A DNA stretch of 60,094 bases, the filler included, from Sphacelaria rigidula (Eukaryota): assembly GCA_964200075.2 (NCBI GenBank). It is 9 parts of 9 records of this genome, joined end to end, with 100 filler letters (N's around TTAATTAATTAA, not from the genome) between each part and the next. Parts side by side here need not be neighbours in the genome. Positions count along the whole stretch, not along the records: positions 46,820 to 53,407 come from CAXNAA020019198.1; positions 53,508 to 60,094 come from CAXNAA020019199.1; 7 more parts are not named here. One strand, written 5' to 3'. Of this stretch, positions 53,098 through 60,094 are shown in pieces (the first letter of the stretch is position 1; each line of letters opens with the position of its first letter). The notes under the pieces were generated by a model, which saw only the letters and a list, made by a program, of their open reading frames with translations, was not told the DNA's origin and ran no database searches. The translations under genes and the position numbers were made by a program.

Positions 53098-53603
53098 ACA
53101 GTTGGCAACTTCGTGACGTCACTTCACAGACTATGTTGAATCCATGGGCGAACGATGGCCATCCATTAGGTGGTCGGCGTTACATCACAGTCAACAAGGA
53201 ATACGAGCGAATGATGGCCATGAAAAAATTTCAAAAGCGTGCAGGTGAATGAACCTACCTGTCCCAGCACCCAATCTGGCCAGCCCCTATCCACGGCAGT
53301 CCATACCCGACACCTCGCAAGGCCTTCGGAGTCATCCTACGATAGGGGGGGGGGATTTTGGGCCATTTGTTGCTCGAAAATTCGAGTCAGATCGTCGTTG
53401 AAAGCAGNNNNNNNNNNNNNNNNNNNNNNNNNNNNNNNNNNNNNNNNNNNNTTAATTAATTAANNNNNNNNNNNNNNNNNNNNNNNNNNNNNNNNNNNNN
53501 NNNNNNNCAAGTGTGGAAGGATGTCTAACACCCTTATGACCTTCTTTTTTCGTGCAACCAAATACCCCCCCCCCCTATCGTAGGATGACTCCGTTACTGA
53601 TTC

Positions 53604-55490
53604 CAGGGATAAACGCGTTACACGTACCATAGCGTCACACCTTACGTTCACGTTACGTTTTGGCCGAAACGTAACGTGAACGTCAAAAACCGGTTACGTG
53701 ATGAACGCAACGTGAACGTAACGTTGAATGTTTTTCACGTGACATGCGTAACGTAACGTGAACGTTAAATTGCCCGAACGTTCAAAACACATAATATGAA
53801 ACGTTTCATTCAACGTGTAACGTCTATTACACGTTACACGTGCATTAGACGTTACACGTTACACGAAACGTTTCATATTACGTTACACGTTACATGAAAC
53901 GTCATAAACACGTTACATGAGGCGGAGACACTCCGAGTTTGCGATGAATTGTCACATCCTAGAAGATTGTGCTTCAATAAAAACCAGTGAGTTTGAATGA
54001 CCATGGTATAGGACATACTATTTCAGCAAGTTCGCGCGCTCCGCGCCACCTCACACATTTTAAGTCATCGTGGCAACATAACATCACAACATGGTGATCG
54101 ATCTTGACTACACTCATATCGAGAGACCGGATGTAACATACACATGCATGTGACGTTCATGTGCACCAGTACATGACATGGACCCAGGGGGGGGATTAGC
54201 AGGTCCACAACGAGGGGGTGCCGCAGCAGCCTCCAGTCAATCTTGGCCGTTGCCTGCAGCTGCAGCATCTGATGCGGGACTAGCCTGCCCCGTGGCCGAT
54301 GACTTGCAATGCGCAGTTAGCAATCATGTAGTGGGCGGGGATGAAGAAGCGGTATACAGGCAGTTGATCTCGGTAGCTGAGAATTGCCCAGAACGTGCAA
54401 GGGAGTATGCAGTGGCAGCTGCTGCTGCAGTCGGAGAGGCATACTGCACTGTACTGTACTATACCGTATGTATGTGCGCCACAACGCTGATACCCTTCGA
54501 ATAGAATTTGCCGCATGCAACAAGGAGGGAAATGGCGACCCACCCCGACCACCACAAAGGGCTGTGTTCCAAGGTGATGGGGACAATAACATCATCCAAA
54601 GCCACGAGTGGCGGTCGGCCCGTCGGTCGCCGCATCCTGTTGGAAGCTCTCTACCGCGACCCATACTGCTTGCTACACCAGATGTACATTACCTGGTGCG
54701 CACCCTGCACCTGAAAATAGATTGGATGAAACTTTCGTTCTTCCTCATAACCCTGCCGTTACATATGCGGATTTTCAGCAACACGCCAGTGTTTCGTGCA
54801 GACGCCAGACACGTTACTCCTACTCGGCCTCATTGGTCGTTCTGGAGGCCCGGTCCCAAAAAGGTTAATGCATGTATACATATACAGAAACAAGGGTACC
54901 CGATATACTTCTGTCTGCGAAATGCCAGGGCGATGCAAGCCGGTGTTCAATCATGTTCGCCAGCTGTTATGTGTACGGTATGTGCTGTCGTGCGAATGAC
55001 CGAGCATTCGAAAAGTGAAAATTGAAGGTTGGCACCAAATAGATTAAACGAAAAGAGGAGTTATGAAAATAGTACGGTCAATAACGAATGAACGATGCAC
55101 GGTATAGGAAGTAACGTTACATAATCAGATAATGCGCCTACGCTCAAACATACAACGGGCCACCGTCAGCGTCACGTACACGGTGACGACACGCGTTACA
55201 CGACACGTTACAACGCCTTAAACACTGGTGAATGAGCCGCGACATGCACAGAATGAAACGTTACATTCGAACGTTACACGTGTCAACGTAACGTTATACT
55301 GGGCGTTGCACGTTATATGACACGTTTCATATTACGTTACATTACATGTAACGTAACGTGGCGTAACGTTTTTGTTTCCCAACGTGATGAACGTAACGTT
55401 ACTATTTTTTCAACGTGACATACGTCGCGTAACATAAACGTGAACTTTTTTTTACGTAATGGACGTGAACGTGTAACGTGTATATCCCTG
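53604..55490. mobile_element. Non-autonomous hAT-like element with 22-bp TIRs and ACGT-rich subterminal repeats
   Basis: CAGGGATAAACGCGTTACACGT vs ACGTGTAACGTGTATATCCCTG (2 mismatches). Dense AACGT/ACGTT arrays at both ends. Flanks ACTGATTC / ATTTATTT match 5 of 8. Confidence 0.8.
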
Positions 55491-56969
55491 ATTTATTTGC
55501 CTTTCTTTTTTAATTGTACCATCCTTCTGCTGCCGGTGGTCCTTACATACCTACGACATGTGGTTCCAATCTAGTTGTGAAATCGATGCGTGTCTTGTCG
55601 TTGATTTCGTGTAAAAAGACAACCCGTCAAGATTCGACGTGTATGCGTGCTATTAATAACAAAGGTCTGCGCTCAGTTCAAACGCTCATTTTTGTGAGAC
55701 CTTTGACCGCGAAGTATTCACCTGTTTTTATATGTGTCCTTATGCAAAACCATGTGATCTGAACTTCAACAGCAAACGGTTCCAAATGAAAGGTCCCACA
55801 AGCTGCTTTGCAATCACGTCGTTCATCACGCAGGAAAAAAGGCAAGAGAAGACTTGCTGGTGATGGTCGCAGCTGGGCCGTTGACTTCATTCTTGACGTA
55901 CAGTGAGTCTGCGGCACAGGTCAGAACGCGTTTACACAGGCAATGGGTACATACATACGACATGTGCAACGCAGTACTATACCACGGTGATCCAACGTTC
56001 TGAGCCGATAGACCCAACACCATTGTTCCCCGTTGAAAATGTTTTGATACATGTTTTTGTGGCGCTTCGCTTCGTCGGTGATACTGTGGTGGTGTGCGTG
56101 GTGGCCGTGTCTCGAATTCACTTCTTTCACAAAAGGGACGGCTTTGCACGTGACTGCATCGGGAACCATGAAAAAGTGTCGTGTGAATGCAGTGAATATT
56201 CACGTGACTCCCCTATCATCGTAGTGCACACTTCATGACACTGCTGCTGCTGCTGCTGCTGCACAAAATAAGTGCCCACACGACGTGGTCCTTGGGGTCG
56301 AGCTATGAAGAATTACATCTCACGATCGCTTTGCTCTTTCCTTCACCATAGAGGTCGAGTGATTCAGCCCATGAACTCCTTCATGTGCGATATTTTACCC
56401 CACCCCTACCGTACCGTAGTGTCACGAGTGTTATGAACAGAAAAGAGCAATGTGTCTCTATCGTAGCGACGACCTACACGCATTATTGATCCAGTTGCAG
56501 CCAATATTTTGTACGAGACGGAAGTGGAGAGGGGGGAGGCTGCATTTAGTGTAGAGTTTTTGTGTACACGTTCGGTGCTAGGTTGTGAAGCAGTTACATC
56601 AAACAGTAGCCCCACGACATCCAAACACCCGCTTCGTCTTGCGGACCATACGTAACCGAGGCATGTATCCGGGACCGAGAAAATACCGGCATCAATATCG
56701 ATAAAGGGTAAGTACACGCGGAAGAGAGTTGATGAAGTCATGATACCAAAGGAGAGGGGTATTCTCGGTTATTTCTTCCACGAAATAGTGCTTCAAGTCT
56801 TTGTTGAAAGCGTAATGATTGTTCGAACGCGCTTGTTACCGATAAACAACTCTCATTCATACTGCTTGACACCGTCTTTTACCCAAATACAAGCGCACCG
56901 CCAGTTTGTTATCATAGCTCGTCTGATGCACATATGAACTCTTTTTTTGTTGTTGTGGAAGCGAACACC

Positions 56970-57462
56970 GCCTCCCCATGGGGTCTGCGTCGGTTGGCAG
57001 CTAGGCTGTACAATACGCCACTCACTGCGTAAGCTAGGCAATCAGGTTATCTTTTTTTTCGGTAACCATGATGGTGGTCGAGCTAGATCAGACTGTGCGG
57101 GGTGAGAGAACCTCGATTCCGCACAAAGGGGACGATAATACTACGTAGTGTTTGAATGATGGGGCACCTATGAGGCAGTGTAAAACCCGCGGCCAGCTGA
57201 GTGGCAATACCAGAAAGTAGCTCATTGGAAGCTGTCATTCATGTGCGACATAATCGATACGCTTTGGGCCGAACAACCTTAGCAGGATGCAGCTCACCCT
57301 TCATGCGACCCGCCGAACATATCACGGCGCTTCGCGCTTGGTGATTGATTGCGGGCCGGGTCCAGCGAAAACCCCGCGTGCTCCGCCCCGGCCTCGTAGG
57401 GATGCGAGGTCAATGATCATATGACTGCGGCATGCAAGATCATGAGTTCAGCCCCCCCCCCC
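56970..57462 (+). mobile_element. ~490-bp non-coding SINE-like retroposon sharing the LINE 3' tail
   Basis: 5' part matches 6450-6589, 3' part matches 38985-39127. Tail GGGATGCGAGGTCAATG...ATGAGTTCAG + C11. Confidence 0.65.
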
Positions 57463-57640
57463 TATCGTAGCCATGCTGCGATAGGGGGTGTACTCATGAC
57501 TATGGCTATGGCATGCATGATCATGAGTACACCCCCTGTCGTAGCATGGCTCGGTACTAGTCCAGGCAGCTCGCCCAGTTACGAAATTCCGTTCACAAGT
57601 TTTCAAGAATGAGCTATTCAGTATGCTCACACTATTCACA

Positions 57641-57641
57641 T

Positions 57642-57684
<43 letters not shown>

Positions 57685-57686
57685 AC
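57641..57686. repeat. (TAC)n(TGC)n microsatellite
   Basis: Direct inspection. Confidence 0.9.
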
Positions 57687-57925
57687 CCGTTCTTGACACG
57701 AGCAACAAAGTTGCTATTTTCATCACTTGAGTGTCAGTGCAGAGGGATGCTAGTTCGAGCCGGTACGTCGCCTACTGCAGCGGCGATATGATGATTGTCC
57801 AGTTTTAAACCGTAGAATGCACCGACGAAAAAAATAAATCATCACCACGTTGATCGCGAATGTGCTGGAAAGGCAAAACCCCAAACCCCAGATACCTCAA
57901 ACGGGATTTTGATATTAAGATTCCG

Positions 57926-58209
57926 AGGGCAGGTCGTGTACGGTATGCACTTTTGAATACTCGGGTAAAATACCCGGGTATTTACTCTGCCCAAGGTCTG
58001 GGTAGACTGGGTTCGACCTCAAATACTCTACCCAATATTGCGTATAAGCACTCTCAGCAAAACCTGAGTATAGAGTATCACTTGGACATGACCTGCATAC
58101 TCTACCCAAATTTCAAGTATCTAGAGTACGATTTCAATATTCTAGCTAAGTGCTTGGGTTCAAAAAGTATGACTTTTCAGAAGTACCGAGACCCGGCCAG
58201 ACCTGCCCT
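57926..58209. mobile_element. MITE with TIRs AGGGCAGGTC / GACCTGCCCT
   Basis: 10-bp perfect TIR. Internal TACTCTACCCAA repeats are related to 52530-53097. Confidence 0.7.
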
Positions 58210-58366
58210 TGGAAGATGCATATAATACTACTACTGAAATCTGCCTAACTCGTATGCATGGCACCTTGAACGACCGCCATCCGAGTTATACGTCACTTCT
58301 ATCCTAAACCCTACGAGCCACCTCAGTTTCTCGAGTATTTTACTGAAGCACCGATATCCGAGCGGT

Positions 58367-59536
58367 GTGCATTTACACCTCAGCTACAGGTCATTTACAC
58401 CGAAGGTAAAGAACTGTTTTGGGGATGTTCACATAAATAAAGTAATAGAAGAGGGCGAGGCACAGATAGGCAGGGTGGACGTGATCCTCAGAGACTCGCA
58501 CCTAGATGCTAGGATTAAGAAATTTTTTATGATGAGCTTGATCGTACCAAAGCTAAAATATGCAGGAGAAGTACGGGAGGGGAACGTGAAGTTGGTGAAG
58601 AAGTTGCAAACAGTACAGATGGCAGCAAGTAAGAAAATAGTTGAATGCTCGAAAACGACGAGTAATACATACAGCATTGAGAGCAAAGTTGGGAATATGC
58701 CCGCTTGAAACAAACAGAGACATACGAAAATTGAGATGACAATATAGCGTGAAGAACATGCAGAGAAAGAGATTGCCAGCCATTGTCGATTTGGCTGTGT
58801 GGAAGAAAATAACGAAGAAGCAGGCTGTGATAAGGTGGGACAGAGAAATCGAGAAAGTGTCAAAGGAGATAGGAGAAAACCAAAACGATATACTGTCTGT
58901 AGGTGAAGGCGGTGGGTACAAGGGAAAAGTAACAAACATGACGAAAATGAGGGATGAGGAAACGCTCAGACGCAAATTATAGGAAGAACACCTAGAGATA
59001 TACGGGGGGTTGGGAGAGGGGACAGGGATGAAAGCATATCTGCATGGCCCGATGGACGTCGCGGAAAATTTGAAACAACGATGTCGGGTGGGGGACTTGG
59101 ATCTGCCAGGAAGAGGGAATATATATACCAGTAGTCGAGGGGAGGGGTGAGTAGAGGTACAGAATTGCCCCTGTGGTGAAGCAATAGAGAGCAAAACTCA
59201 TGTAGTGGCAGAATGTTAACTATACATGAACAAACGGAACGTGTTAGAGAGGGGAATGCGGGAAGTAAACGAAGGTGGCACGAACTCGTTTGATGCATTA
59301 GACAGTGAGGATAATCCATGGCTACACTAGGGGATAGATGGTGGCCACAGATGGCGAAACAGGACGGGGATGAGATATGTAAAAGGTTTCTGCGTAATGT
59401 ATGAAAGAAATTTTATGAGCACTCAAACGTTGGAGGTGTCTAAAGGAGGAGTAGGAACGGTGCTCCGTCTCGTAAGGGATGCGTGGTCAATGGTCAACCG
59501 ACTAAGGCCAGCAATATTTGAGTACCCCCCGCCCCC
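58367..59536 (+). mobile_element. LINE ORF2 3' part (post-RT region plus Cys/His motif), degenerate
   Basis: LIVPKLKYAGEVREG...KLQTVQMAASKKIVECSKTTSN resembles the LINE RT thumb region, then continues into sequence matching 75-656. Ends TTGAGTACCCCCC. 5' limit approximate. Confidence 0.8.
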
Positions 59537-59540
59537 CGGC

Positions 59541-60050
59541 TTTGCATGGCCCCATGGACGCTGCGAAAAATATAAAATCACGATTTCGGGTGGGGGACCT
59601 GGACTGCCAGAAAGAAGAACGAGATACACCAGTCGCCCAAAGGAGGAGGAGGTAGATGGACTGAACTGCCTCTGTGGCGAAGCAATAGAGAGCAGAAGTT
59701 ATATAGCGGCAGAATGTGAAATATACAAGGAAGAACGGAACGTGCTAGAGGGGGAAATGCGGGACGTGAACGAAGGTGGCATGAACGTGTTTGATGCATG
59801 AGGCAGTAGCGACAAAACGATGGCTATACTAGGAGATAGATGGTGGCCACAGACGGCGAAACAGGACGGGGATAAAACATGTAAAATGTTTTTGTGTAAT
59901 GTATGGGAGAAACGTAATGATCTGTGGAAGACATGTAAGGTGCGCCGGAATGTTGGAGGTGTCTCTGTTAGGAATGGAAACGGTGCTCCATCTCGAAAGC
60001 GATGCGTGGTCAATGGTCAAACGACCAAGGCAAGCAACAAATGAGTACGC
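59541..60050 (+). mobile_element. LINE 3' end, in tandem with the previous copy
   Basis: CLCGEAIESRSYIAAECEIYKEERNVLEGEMRDVNEGG. Ends AACAAATGAGTACG followed by a run of more than 20 C. Confidence 0.85.
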
Positions 60051-60094
60051 CCCCCCCCCCCCCCCCCCCCCTGCAACACCCTACTCCCGACTGC

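Overview
Repeat-rich eukaryotic DNA, most likely from a brown alga or related stramenopile (inferred from intron style and TE content, not proven). The window is not contiguous. It is nine unrelated ~6.59-kb contigs joined by identical 100-bp linkers (44 N + TTAATTAATTAA + 44 N), so adjacency across linkers means nothing. Two partial spliced host genes can be reconstructed with phase-consistent GT-AG junctions: a CEP57/translokin-like gene (minus strand, contig 2) and an EF-hand NCS/CBL-like gene (plus strand, contig 5). The rest is mostly transposable elements: non-LTR retrotransposon 3' ends, SINEs, hAT and Tc1/mariner remnants, MITE-like foldbacks, LTR fragments and microsatellites. The most notable element is a decayed Ty3/gypsy retrotransposon (46839-52530) whose pol carries a full-length DNA cytosine-5 methyltransferase-like domain between RNase H and integrase, with the catalytic PC motif absent in this copy. 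Also notable are a LINE/SINE pair that share a 3' tail and always end at poly(C) runs, and a hAT element with a foldback inverted duplication of its BED-finger region. All calls come from reading the sequence by eye, with no database searches, and many TE boundaries are approximate.
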